Below, in pieces: positions 26,947 to 36,482 of a stretch of DNA of 64,000 nt. The notes below the pieces were generated by a model. The model made no database searches and had not been told where the DNA came from. It saw only the letters and a program-made list of their open reading frames with translations. Source of the DNA: a bacterium (lineage in GTDB: Bacteria; Patescibacteriota; Minisyncoccia; Phycocordibacterales; UBA6899); contig JAJZQJ010000005.1 of NCBI GenBank assembly GCA_021851895.1, positions 14,572 to 78,571 of the forward strand, given 5' to 3'. Within the stretch, counting starts at the first letter, position 1; the number at the start of each line of letters is the position of its first letter. The position numbers and the translations under genes were made by a program.

Positions 26947-29721
26947 TTACATCGGTTCCGGCAAAATGCTCCGGAAATCGACGTGACGATCCTTTTCGAT
27001 CTGATCCTTCAACCACGACGTAGGGCAATACGTGAGGATGGTGGGACCGTAGTCACACCCCGCCGCAGAAAGCGACGTGAAGACACCAGCATTATGCACA
27101 CGAGCGAAACCGTGGATACTGAACGGATCCTCTGTCGCTGCGGTACCCGACATCACGCCGAGATAACCCGGAGCGAAGATCGCAGCCGCTTTGTGCTTAT
27201 CGCCATAGAACTCGACGATCGATTGCACGCCACGGAAGATTCCGTTGTAATTCCCACGCTGGAGCGCATTGTTCGCGGCCTCAGCGAGACCGAAACCATT
27301 CGCTGCACCATAGCGCGCCGGGCTTCCCCGGAGCGCTATTCCGAACTCGACATCATTGCCCATATCGAGTCGAGCGAGACCGAGTGCGTCCTGGCCATGA
27401 ATCGGTGCTCCGACGAGCGGAGAGCATTCAGCAAGAAGCTCAGGACGATACGCGACGGAAACATACTGCAAAAGATGCGGCTTCATGATCTCGGAGGCAA
27501 TGAAGCCCTCGGAGATGATGCTCTCACCACGAATACCCGAATTCTTCCAGTGATTGCCGTTACCGAAAGCGATCACGGTGAGATCACGAGAATCCTTTAT
27601 GGTACCGAGCACCTCGCTCGCAGGAACGAATCTTGCCGAAGAGTTACAATACGCCTCCACAACACTACCGAGCACATCAGCGTTCGGAATGAGCGTCATG
27701 TAGAGCAACTTCTTGATCTGCTCTTCGGGACGATAGCTCGCCCCCTTCTGCACCTGATCGATGAGAAGATCCCACTGCTCCTTATTCTGCTTCCGCAACT
27801 CCCGAACACTGCTCGAAGTGGACGCCTCCTCGACCTTCTCCTTTCGGATACGCTCGAGGGCGGGCACGGAGAGCTTGTGCTCGTGCGGCTGCAAATAATA
27901 GGGATGATTTGCGCCGTGGCTCAAATCATCAGGGATGAAGTACGCATGCACACGTCCCTTCCCATGATGCTCACGCATGATGTGGAAAATAGCTCCTGTG
28001 AGGTCGAAGAGACCATACTTCGGGGAGCGCACATGCCACTCCCAAGCGTGCCCCACATGGAGGTCACTGGTCAGCATGATCGTGAAATACTTCTCACGAA
28101 TCGACTCGATCTCCTTGCGGCGGGCGCTCAGCATGCCGCCGAGATACCGGAGCGTACTGATCCGATACGACGACACGCGGACGAGACCCTCGCGCAAACT
28201 GAGCGCGAACATGCCGGGCTCAAGAAGTGACTCGCGGAAGAACTGCTCCACCGGAGTACGTTTTTCGAGCATGGCTTCTCGCTCGAGATGTGCGCGCACG
28301 TGCTGTACGTCACAAGTCGGTGGCGGAGTGCACACATAGACGAAACGCGGCTTGTCCGCACACGTGTCATTGAGCAGCGTCACCGCCCCATAGAGAGACC
28401 AGCGGTTTGCAAGGATCTCGACATCCGCAAGCTCACCAGAAAGCGTCAGCTTTTGAAGGTGATTGCGCATTTCGGAATCAAGGAGTTTCGCACTCCTCTT
28501 ATCCCAACCTGCCTCACTCACACGCCAAGTCTTCTTTTTGTGGCCGAAGACCGCCTGTCCACTCCCGACATAGAGTGCTCCGGGAATGGCATCGAGCAGT
28601 TTCTGCACGATGTAATCGTGCAGTCGCTTGTACGCCCGACGGCGATTATCCTTGGAGACGTAAGTCTGCAACGTACGTGCGATCTGATCATCGATCGCAG
28701 CCAACTGGTCCTTGAAGTCGCGGTTCTCGGGATCGGCCTTGATCAACGCGTTCTTTCGAGCACGTTCATCATTAAGACGCTTCACCTCTCGCAGTACGTT
28801 GTACCTGATCTCATAATGCGCACATCGATCGATGAGCTCGCGCTCGCCAGAGGTGAGCATGAGGTAGATCGGCGTGCTGAAACGAGGGGTGACCCCAGAC
28901 TTGCTCGTATCCCTGAAGACCTTCTTGATCCCCGAAAGGAGATTCTCGAGATCCTCGGCGAAGGTCGTGAAAATGGGCGTATCCGGCTCATCCTTCATCA
29001 GAGACTCGACGCGACGACGATAGGCCATCGGAAAGACCTGGGGGTCGATGTCGAGCGAGCTCATACGAGCGATGCTGTTTGCCGTCGCGGCACTTGCCTG
29101 ACGAACGTCCAGGTGGAGCAAGCCACCACAGATGACGACGGCGTATTTGCCGCGGCTTGCGACCTCCATCGCGCAACGCGGAACGAGCTGTGTCATTCGC
29201 GCGTCATAAGGAAGACCGAACATCAGCGACTGCAGAGGGACGATACCCTCGAGCGAGTCAGGAATGACGATCGGTTTCTCGAGCGACGACGAGAGCACGG
29301 GCACTTCAGGAACGGACTGACCGTCCGGAATGACCCGAAAAAGTCCATGCACATGTGCGGGTGGGTTCTTCGGAAGTCCCCTTCCGCGCATCCACCGCAT
29401 CTTCGCCCGAAGGAGCGACAACGGCAGAGTACTGAAATACTTCGCGATGTTCTCCTCGGGCTCTTCGTTTTTGTAGTGCGCCTCGAGCAATTTCGTGCGC
29501 TCCTTCGTCCACACGAGCGCGCCGAGGTGTTCTTGTACGGCAGACTTCGTGAAAGGAAATTCCTTCGAGAAGAGACGTACAAGATCAGGGCGACTCGCGA
29601 TGGCCGCATGCAACGCATTGGCAGGATGATCGTCCCTCAACGTACCGACCGAAATCGCACGCTGAATGAACGAGAGCAGCTTCTTCGACTTCCAGGGATC
29701 GACTGGCTTCTTCGTAGACAT
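26947..29721 (-). CDS. Large hypothetical protein (924 aa) with possible degenerate metallophosphoesterase motifs
   Basis: Long uninterrupted ORF. The C-terminal half has D-x-H (TSDLHVGH), FIPDDLSHG and GNGNHW, reminiscent of calcineurin-like phosphoesterase motifs I-III. The N-terminal ~550 aa has no recognisable family. Confidence 0.5.
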   Translation of the reverse strand: MSTKKPVDPWKSKKLLSFIQRAISVGTLRDDHPANALHAAIASRPDLVRLFSKEFPFTKSAVQEHLGALVWTKERTKLLEAHYKNEEPEENIAKYFSTLPLSLLRAKMRWMRGRGLPKNPPAHVHGLFRVIPDGQSVPEVPVLSSSLEKPIVIPDSLEGIVPLQSLMFGLPYDARMTQLVPRCAMEVASRGKYAVVICGGLLHLDVRQASAATANSIARMSSLDIDPQVFPMAYRRRVESLMKDEPDTPIFTTFAEDLENLLSGIKKVFRDTSKSGVTPRFSTPIYLMLTSGERELIDRCAHYEIRYNVLREVKRLNDERARKNALIKADPENRDFKDQLAAIDDQIARTLQTYVSKDNRRRAYKRLHDYIVQKLLDAIPGALYVGSGQAVFGHKKKTWRVSEAGWDKRSAKLLDSEMRNHLQKLTLSGELADVEILANRWSLYGAVTLLNDTCADKPRFVYVCTPPPTCDVQHVRAHLEREAMLEKRTPVEQFFRESLLEPGMFALSLREGLVRVSSYRISTLRYLGGMLSARRKEIESIREKYFTIMLTSDLHVGHAWEWHVRSPKYGLFDLTGAIFHIMREHHGKGRVHAYFIPDDLSHGANHPYYLQPHEHKLSVPALERIRKEKVEEASTSSSVRELRKQNKEQWDLLIDQVQKGASYRPEEQIKKLLYMTLIPNADVLGSVVEAYCNSSARFVPASEVLGTIKDSRDLTVIAFGNGNHWKNSGIRGESIISEGFIASEIMKPHLLQYVSVAYRPELLAECSPLVGAPIHGQDALGLARLDMGNDVEFGIALRGSPARYGAANGFGLAEAANNALQRGNYNGIFRGVQSIVEFYGDKHKAAAIFAPGYLGVMSGTAATEDPFSIHGFARVHNAGVFTSLSAAGCDYGPTILTYCPTSWLKDQIEKDRHVDFRSILPEPM

Positions 29722-29806
29722 GTTGTCCTCTCTAAAAGAACCTCATCTACAATAAGCATACACTTCCCCTCAGGGCTTGCCATGTTGACAGTGCCCATAT
29801 TTTGTA

Positions 29807-29832
29807 ACTTCCATCGAAAAAACGACACCGAT
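29807..29832. terminator. Hairpin plus T-run terminator downstream of engB
   Basis: gacaccgatggtgcc followed by gtttttt. Confidence 0.4.
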
Positions 29833-29850
29833 GGTGCCGTTTTTTCAATT

Positions 29851-30522
29851 CTACTTTTTTAGTGCGAGTCTATCAAAAAGTAAAGGAATATTATACTTCT
29901 TCTCTGCTGAAGCGGGTATGACCTCGATATCAGGATATGCATTCTTAAAATCTCGCAGTGCATGAACTGCCTCCGACTGATTCAGCTTATCCCACTTATT
30001 GAGCACTACAAGCAATGGGTGCCCCTCGTTACGAACAACGTCGATGAGCTCACGATCCTGATCGGTCACTCCAACGCGTGCATCGAGTATGAGCAAAACG
30101 ATCTTCGGACGCACCTCACCACCACCGAGATACCATAAGATATGCTTTCGAATCTTCTCAGCGATAGGAATCGGTAACTTCGCATATCCATACCCAGGAA
30201 GATCGACGACGAATAGTCGATCATCAACGGTATAGAAGTTGATCTCTTGTGTCTTTCCCGGTGTCGCTGAGACGCGCGCAAAAACACCTCCGAGCAGTGC
30301 ATTGATGATCGAAGATTTACCAACATTTGAACGTCCCACAAATGCGATCTGAGGGTACGGCATTCCAAGTATTGGATCAGAGCCGTGAATCCCACGCGTG
30401 AATTGCACACGTAATCCCTCCCTTCCTCCGCCTGCTTTCATCGAACCAGAGGGTCCGATCTTTCCAAAATTACGTGGAGCAACACTTCCTGAATTCTTCG
30501 CATGTCCGCGCTGTGCTTTCAT
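29851..30522 (-). CDS. engB: Ribosome-biogenesis GTPase EngB (YihA/YsxC)
   Basis: Start at MKAQRGHAKNSG (30522). G1 motif VGRSNVGKSSIINAL, G3 DLPGYG and G4 NKWD. Confidence 0.7.
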   Translation of the reverse strand: MKAQRGHAKNSGSVAPRNFGKIGPSGSMKAGGGREGLRVQFTRGIHGSDPILGMPYPQIAFVGRSNVGKSSIINALLGGVFARVSATPGKTQEINFYTVDDRLFVVDLPGYGYAKLPIPIAEKIRKHILWYLGGGEVRPKIVLLILDARVGVTDQDRELIDVVRNEGHPLLVVLNKWDKLNQSEAVHALRDFKNAYPDIEVIPASAEKKYNIPLLFDRLALKK

Positions 30523-30545
30523 CGCTGCACCATAACACAAGATGA

Positions 30546-30580
30546 GGGAATAGGGAATAGGGTATAGGGAATAGGGAAAT
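30546..30580. repeat. Heptamer tandem array (GGGAATA)x5, family A
   Basis: gggaata gggaata gggtata gggaata gggaaat. Exact inverted partner at 30679-30713. Confidence 0.85.
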
Positions 30581-30678
30581 TCAAAGAATGTTACAGAACT
30601 ATAATTTTTCACTAATGAACTCCAAAGAAGTCAATGATAGTGTTTCCTCACGACACCTGCACTTTCAAGCATTTTCAG

Positions 30679-30713
30679 CCCTATACCCTATTCCCTATTC
30701 CCTATTCCCTGGT
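30679..30713. repeat. Heptamer tandem array (CCCTATT)x5, complement of family A
   Basis: ccctata ccctatt ccctatt ccctatt ccctggt. Ends at a TATTAT hexamer 6 nt before the hisS ATG. Confidence 0.85.
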
Positions 30714-30724
30714 ATTATGATTGC

Positions 30725-32092
30725 ATGTCTGATTTTCCAAAAAATCTCCTCCAGAGTCCGAGCGGATTCCCTGAACTCCTCCCAAACGAGGCGATCGCAC
30801 AGCAAAAGGTCATCGACGTGATCCGTAAGCACTATGAGCGCGCCGGCTTCGTACCCATCGAAACCCCTCTCGTTGAACGAGAAGAGGTACTTACCGCGAA
30901 ATCAGAGGGTGAGATCGGTACGCAGATGTACGGCTTGCGCCTCATGAATCCGGCGAAGGACTCACCGACCGACACAAAGGATCTCGTACTTCGCTATGAC
31001 CACACCGTACCTATGGCACGATTCGTCGCAGCTCACCAAAGAGAGATCACTTTCCCATTTCGACGCTTTGCGATCGGCCCTGTATTTCGCGGAGAGCGCC
31101 CTCGAGAAGGTCGTTATCGTCAATTCATCCAAGCAGATATTGATGTCATTGGTGATGGCATCCTCGACAACCTTCACGATGCAGAGATTGTGAGTGTGAT
31201 CGCGAATATCTTCACAGAACTTTCGATCGGCGACTTCACCATCCGCATCGGCAACCGAAAACTGTTGCAAGGCATACTCTCCTCAACAGGCATCAACGAT
31301 AGCCAGATCGCCGAAGCACTTCTCGTAATCGATCACATGGAGAAAGTGAGCGCGGAAGACACCATACATGCACTTGTCCGCTGTGGCATGACCGAAACAA
31401 CCGCAAAAGATGTCATTACCACACTCTCGGACAGTAGAGACTCCGATGAACAACTTGCCTCACTGAAAGAGCGATCTCTCGATGAACTTTACAAGCAAGG
31501 AGTCGGCGAGATCGAGGCTCTCATTAATGGCCTTCGCGCACTCGGTGTGTCAGAGCGTCATTTCACTATCGACCTTTCGATAGCTCGCGGTCTCGCATAT
31601 TACACAGGAAATGTCTTTGAAACGAGACTCGATAACCATGCCGATATTGGCAGTATCGCATCGGGTGGCCGCTATGACGATCTGGCGAGTACGTTCATCG
31701 ACAAGCGACTGCCTGGAGTCGGTATCTCTATCGGCGTATCACGTATATTGCCGAGACTCATCAAAACAGGATTGCTCAGTGCAGACATTTCGACAACGGC
31801 TCCCGTCATCATTACGACTGCATTACCGCTTGAAGCGCATGGCGCTATCTACCTCAGACAAGCCGCACTATTACGAGCTGCTGAAATTTCAACCGAAGTC
31901 TACTTAACAGACAGAGCACTCGGAAAAGAGCTCGAATATGCGAACAAGCGAGGATTCATCATCGCGCTCATCACGGGTGAGCAAGAACTCGCAAAAGGAA
32001 CGATCATCGTCAGAGACCTTCGCTCGGGAAACCAAGTTGAAGTGCATGAACAAGCACTTGTCGAAACAGTGCGATCGATGATGGGTGCATGA
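30725..32092 (+). CDS. hisS: Histidyl-tRNA synthetase
   Basis: Class II aaRS motifs (RYDHTVPMARF, GGRYD) and an anticodon-binding C-terminal domain. Confidence 0.8.
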   Translation: MSDFPKNLLQSPSGFPELLPNEAIAQQKVIDVIRKHYERAGFVPIETPLVEREEVLTAKSEGEIGTQMYGLRLMNPAKDSPTDTKDLVLRYDHTVPMARFVAAHQREITFPFRRFAIGPVFRGERPREGRYRQFIQADIDVIGDGILDNLHDAEIVSVIANIFTELSIGDFTIRIGNRKLLQGILSSTGINDSQIAEALLVIDHMEKVSAEDTIHALVRCGMTETTAKDVITTLSDSRDSDEQLASLKERSLDELYKQGVGEIEALINGLRALGVSERHFTIDLSIARGLAYYTGNVFETRLDNHADIGSIASGGRYDDLASTFIDKRLPGVGISIGVSRILPRLIKTGLLSADISTTAPVIITTALPLEAHGAIYLRQAALLRAAEISTEVYLTDRALGKELEYANKRGFIIALITGEQELAKGTIIVRDLRSGNQVEVHEQALVETVRSMMGA

Positions 32093-32865
32093 TTAGAATT
32101 ATGTTATACTCACAAAATATGAATAACGAACAAAACGCGCAAAACACAGCAGCCACAACTGCAGCGAAGTCGAACCCCTTCGCAATACCTGCTGCGATCA
32201 TCATCGCAGGAGGACTTATCGCAACTGCAGTGCTCATTTCGGGTTCCAAGGGTCCTTCGCCCGCAGCAGCTGCGAACGCAGGTGCACCGCAGCCAAGTGC
32301 AACAGTGAGTGCAGCTGAGCTCGCATTGCGCCCAGATGACCACACCCTTGGCAATCCAAAAGCTGATATCGTTCTCGTGGAGTGGTCTGACCTCGAATGC
32401 CCATTCTGTAAGCGCCATCATGATACGATGAATCAGCTTGTCAAAGAGTTCAACGGAAAGGTTGAGTGGGTTTACCGCCACTACCCTCTTGATTTCCATA
32501 CCTATGCAAAGAAGGAGGCAGAAGGAGCAGAATGTGCGAATGCGATCGCAGGACCGACTGGTTTCTGGAATTTCGTTGACACCCTCTACTCAGTGACGAA
32601 CGGAAACAACTCTCTTGATCGTTCAAAGCTCGACGCGATCGCAAAGACCGCGAACATCGACGCTGCTCAGTTCTCCGCTTGTCTCGATAGCGGCAAGATG
32701 GCTGATCGCGTGAAGGAAGATATCGACAACGGCGTACGCGCTGGAGTCCAGGGTACTCCATTCACTGTCGCATACAATAGAAAGACAGGAAAGCAGACGA
32801 GCATAAATGGAGCGCTTCCACTCGAAGCAGTGAAAGCACAGCTCGCTCAGATCGGACTCGAATGA
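32089..32865 (+). CDS. DsbA-like thiol:disulfide oxidoreductase with N-terminal TM anchor
   Basis: CPFC active site in a thioredoxin fold. The ATGA start/stop overlaps hisS. Confidence 0.6.
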   Translation: MIRIMLYSQNMNNEQNAQNTAATTAAKSNPFAIPAAIIIAGGLIATAVLISGSKGPSPAAAANAGAPQPSATVSAAELALRPDDHTLGNPKADIVLVEWSDLECPFCKRHHDTMNQLVKEFNGKVEWVYRHYPLDFHTYAKKEAEGAECANAIAGPTGFWNFVDTLYSVTNGNNSLDRSKLDAIAKTANIDAAQFSACLDSGKMADRVKEDIDNGVRAGVQGTPFTVAYNRKTGKQTSINGALPLEAVKAQLAQIGLE

Positions 32866-32872
32866 TCCGATA

Positions 32873-32898
32873 TAAAAAATGGACCTAGGTCCATTTTT
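32873..32898. terminator. Bidirectional Rho-independent terminator
   Basis: aaaaatggacc-tag-ggtccatttttt. Confidence 0.6.
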
Positions 32899-33194
32899 TA
32901 TAACCCCAAGATGGCACGCAGATCTTGCGGAGGATTCCACGGTGGATCGAAGGTAACGGTAATGCAGACTGGTAATCCAGATAGCGCACCCGCTTTACGT
33001 ACTGCATCCTCGATTTCGCGAGCATACGGACAGAGGGGCGTGGTTAGTGTCATAAGTATAGATACGCCATCCTCCTCAACCCGAACGTCATATATCAATC
33101 CAAGCGTATAAATGTCGATATGCAACTCAGGGTCCTCGACATGCCGCAATGCTTCGATCACGAGTTTCTTCAGTCCCTCTTCATTCATACGCAT
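32898..33194 (-). CDS. DUF59 (MIP18/SufT-like) Fe-S assembly protein
   Basis: Start at MRMNEEG. VEDPELHIDIYTLGLIYDV...LTTPLCP matches DUF59. Last gene of the suf operon. Confidence 0.6.
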   Translation of the reverse strand: MRMNEEGLKKLVIEALRHVEDPELHIDIYTLGLIYDVRVEEDGVSILMTLTTPLCPYAREIEDAVRKAGALSGLPVCITVTFDPPWNPPQDLRAILGL

Positions 33195-33939
33195 TTTTTG
33201 ATATTCCGGAAAAACCGTTCTTTTCGATCTCATGAACCAGAGAGAGGTCTCCCCTCTCGACGATGTGACCTGATTCCATAACAAGCACACGATGAGGGGC
33301 GAGGTCTTTCACCGCCCCTATATGATGCGAGATGAGTATGATACCGACACCTCGCCCAAGGAGATGCTGGATGATGTGTCGCAACTTCCGCTGCATATCG
33401 ATATCCATCCCCGCATCGATCTCATCAAGAAAAACATAACGCGGAGACAGTGCAAGGATCTGCAGTAGCTCCGACTGCTTCCGTTCGCCACCCGAGATCC
33501 CTCTATTCACCTCACCGAGAAGCAACTCCTTTTTAAGCTCAAATTGCTCAGCAAGGACCACCATGCGCTGATGGAACTCCACAGGAGTCTCGGTGTCCTT
33601 TCCAAAGAGCTCGATACGCGCACGATAGAGCAAATTTGTGAGTGTCACACCAGGAATCTCTGGAAGCTGTTGCATCGAAAGGAAGAGACCCTTTCTCGCC
33701 TTCTCCTCCGTTTTCAATGAAGTTATATCCTCTCCGTCGAGGACGATTTCCCCACTTGTGAGTGCATAATCGGGATGCCCGAAAAGTCCATTCAAAAGCG
33801 TCGACTTCCCTGAACCATTTGCTCCAAGCAAAACAGTAAGTTCTCCTTTAGCGAACTCAATATCAATATCATGAACTACTGCCTTTCCCGCTACGGCGAT
33901 CGTGACCCCAAGAAGTCGCAATGATGCTGCCTCATTCAT
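33181..33939 (-). CDS. sufC: Fe-S cluster assembly ATPase SufC
   Basis: Walker A GANGSGKST, signature ISGGERKQ, and the SufC-specific C-terminus. Confidence 0.8.
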   Translation of the reverse strand: MNEAASLRLLGVTIAVAGKAVVHDIDIEFAKGELTVLLGANGSGKSTLLNGLFGHPDYALTSGEIVLDGEDITSLKTEEKARKGLFLSMQQLPEIPGVTLTNLLYRARIELFGKDTETPVEFHQRMVVLAEQFELKKELLLGEVNRGISGGERKQSELLQILALSPRYVFLDEIDAGMDIDMQRKLRHIIQHLLGRGVGIILISHHIGAVKDLAPHRVLVMESGHIVERGDLSLVHEIEKNGFSGISKNAYE

Positions 33940-35023
33940 ATGCTTTCAAACATTTATGTAGCCGCCCCAAAAAGCCTTTCGATAAATTTCGCGGAGAAAA
34001 GAATCCTTCAAGTGCTAATAAACGCGCTTCAGGAAGCGGTATGCCCTTTGTTTGCGCATAGAAAAGCTCTTCGTCTTTTATATGTGTGATCGACAACTCA
34101 TGTGCGACATTCGTATGTCGGTCAAGCACGTCAATAGCAGGAGTCGCTTCGACGCCTGCAGAGTCATTAAGGAGCAAGAAGCGTGCACTTTCCCTTGCGC
34201 TAACCGCGATATCTCCTTCTTTGGTTGCCGTATGCCCTGAGTATGTGATATGAGCACTTCCCGCTATGGCACCTGCGACGGAAATATTTCCTTCCGCCTC
34301 TTTGCTACGTACATCGATGCGGTCAGCGATCGTGAAGCGACCAGTAGCGTCCGCGAGCAATGCATGATCGATCACGGATCGCGACCCATCTCCAATCAAC
34401 ATACTTGCGGTCTCGATGCGACAATCAGAAGAGCTGGCTACTTCATCGAGAAAACGCACCTGTGCCATTGCACCCACAAGACCATAGCGCTGAAAGTCGA
34501 CAGACAGGCCTTTAACATCGACCACATTTGCGAGCTCCACAGAACTTCCCTCTTCAGTAAGAACGACACACAATCGCGAAAAACGCGCACCTCTGTCTCG
34601 CTCGATAACCTTATCGACAACACGAACATGCGCACCAGTCTTTGCGATAATAATGAGCAGGTCTGCACCCATATGACCAGAAACAGTAGTCTCAATAACA
34701 GCATGCTGTTCGATTGCAATGCCAGTATCATCGATCTTCGGTTGTGCATAAAAGACAAGACCACTCGAGATAGAGCTCCGTGCATGTGCAGCCGCTTCAT
34801 CCACAGGGTTTGGGAGCAATGCGCTCGAGAGCAATCCTTCGACGAGCTCTCGTATACCTTCGGTCTCGAATGCTTCTTTCAATGTATAGAGCTCAAGTTC
34901 TTTATCTATCTGTTCGATGCGATACTCTGGAAGATGGGCGACATCAGTGTTCGGTACGTATGTTTTATCCATGCTCTTCTTCCATGCAATGAACCAACTC
35001 GGCTCTCGTAAAATATTTTCCAT
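33932..35023 (-). CDS. sufD: Fe-S cluster assembly protein SufD (SufB/SufD family)
   Basis: Lies between sufB and sufC and has the beta-helix-type SufBD repeat region. Confidence 0.55.
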   Translation of the reverse strand: MENILREPSWFIAWKKSMDKTYVPNTDVAHLPEYRIEQIDKELELYTLKEAFETEGIRELVEGLLSSALLPNPVDEAAAHARSSISSGLVFYAQPKIDDTGIAIEQHAVIETTVSGHMGADLLIIIAKTGAHVRVVDKVIERDRGARFSRLCVVLTEEGSSVELANVVDVKGLSVDFQRYGLVGAMAQVRFLDEVASSSDCRIETASMLIGDGSRSVIDHALLADATGRFTIADRIDVRSKEAEGNISVAGAIAGSAHITYSGHTATKEGDIAVSARESARFLLLNDSAGVEATPAIDVLDRHTNVAHELSITHIKDEELFYAQTKGIPLPEARLLALEGFFSPRNLSKGFLGRLHKCLKAYE

Positions 35024-35034
35024 ATGTTATCTCA

Positions 35035-36450
35035 TTATGATAATGCCTTGTGCGGCGAACGTCGAGACTCGCCCTCAAGAAACTCGATATCGATGAGTCT
35101 ATTGAATTCAACTGCATATTCGAGCGGCAACTCCTTTATGATCGGATGAAGAAAGCCTCCGATGAGCACTCGCATCGCTTCACGCTCACTGAAACCGAGA
35201 TGCTTCAGATAGAACAATGCGTCATCATTCACTCTCCCAACTCGAGCCTCATGAGAGACCGAGGATGTGCTCCCGCACACGCGGGTAACAGGAAACGCAT
35301 AGGACCGAGACTCACCATCAAGTAGCAGCGTATCGCAGACCACATGCGCAAGCGCATGTCGCGCAGAACCATGCACGTCGACCAAGCCGCGATATCCCAC
35401 CACACTACCTCCGCTCGCGATCGATCTCGAAATGATCGATGCGCTTGTATCCGCACCAAGAAGTATTGCTTTCGCGCCAACATCTTGCACCTGACCATCA
35501 CCTCCAACAACGATACTCAGTGATTCGCTATGGGAACGATCACCGAGAAGTATAGAGGAAGGATAGAGCATGCTCACCTTTGCACCCATATTGCCGCTGA
35601 CCCACATCATGTTCCCATCTTCTGCAACGATAGATTTCTTCGTATTAAGATTATAGGTATTCTTTGACCAGTTCTCGATAGAGATGTAACGCATCTCCGC
35701 GGACTTACCGACGAATATCTCCACACAACCCGCATGGAGCGATGCGGCGACATACTGCGGAGCGGAACACCCCTCGATATAGGTAAGACGCGCAGCCTCT
35801 TCAACGATGATAAGCGTATGCTCAAACTGTGCAGATCGCATCTTATTCATGCGAAAATATGCCTGTAGCGGAAGTTCAACAGCAACCCCATTTGGCACAT
35901 AGATGAATGTCCCACCACTCCAACATGCCGCGTGGAGCATGGAGAACTTATGCTCCTCAATACGCACGCATGAAGTCATAAAATGCTTCCGCACGATATC
36001 GGGATATTTTTTCACTGCTACATCCATGTCTTCGAAGATGACTCCCTTTGCTTCAAGAGATGCTTTGAGACGATGATACACTGCCCCAGAGTCGAACTGG
36101 GCCCCAACACCACCAAGGTATTCTCTTTCTGCCTTCGGTATGCCAAGTGCAACGAAGGTGTCGCGAATCTCATCCGGAACTTCTCCCCAATCTTCCGAAG
36201 CTCCATGAAGTGGCTCTGAATAATATGAGATATTCGCGAGATCGAGCCCCGAGAGATCAGGGCCCCACTTTGGCATTTCAGTCTCTTGCCATAATGCAAA
36301 TGCGCGAAGCCTCAGTTCGAGCATCCATTCAGGCTCCCCCTTACTACTTGAGATTTGGCGTACAGTATCCTCAACCAAACCGATATTGTGCTCATGAGGC
36401 CGATCCATGCATCGCACTATAGCAGATGCATAAAAAAATACACCCCCCAT
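35035..36450 (-). CDS. sufB: Fe-S cluster assembly protein SufB
   Basis: 471 aa. The conserved SufB C-terminal region and operon position support the call; the start may be at M15 (36408). Confidence 0.8.
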   Translation of the reverse strand: MGGVFFYASAIVRCMDRPHEHNIGLVEDTVRQISSSKGEPEWMLELRLRAFALWQETEMPKWGPDLSGLDLANISYYSEPLHGASEDWGEVPDEIRDTFVALGIPKAEREYLGGVGAQFDSGAVYHRLKASLEAKGVIFEDMDVAVKKYPDIVRKHFMTSCVRIEEHKFSMLHAACWSGGTFIYVPNGVAVELPLQAYFRMNKMRSAQFEHTLIIVEEAARLTYIEGCSAPQYVAASLHAGCVEIFVGKSAEMRYISIENWSKNTYNLNTKKSIVAEDGNMMWVSGNMGAKVSMLYPSSILLGDRSHSESLSIVVGGDGQVQDVGAKAILLGADTSASIISRSIASGGSVVGYRGLVDVHGSARHALAHVVCDTLLLDGESRSYAFPVTRVCGSTSSVSHEARVGRVNDDALFYLKHLGFSEREAMRVLIGGFLHPIIKELPLEYAVEFNRLIDIEFLEGESRRSPHKALS

Positions 36451-36482
36451 AAAGGGATGTATTTTCTTGCTTTCTTCAGTTA

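Noticed and set aside
26983-29862. Two long plus-strand ORFs (415 and 524 aa) rich in Arg and Leu
   Set aside because: They are antisense to the 924-aa minus-strand gene and have Arg/Leu/His-rich composition typical of the reverse frame of a real gene. They have no start context.
30546-30713. CRISPR array
   Set aside because: Repeat units are 7 nt and directly tandem without unique spacers. No cas genes are present.
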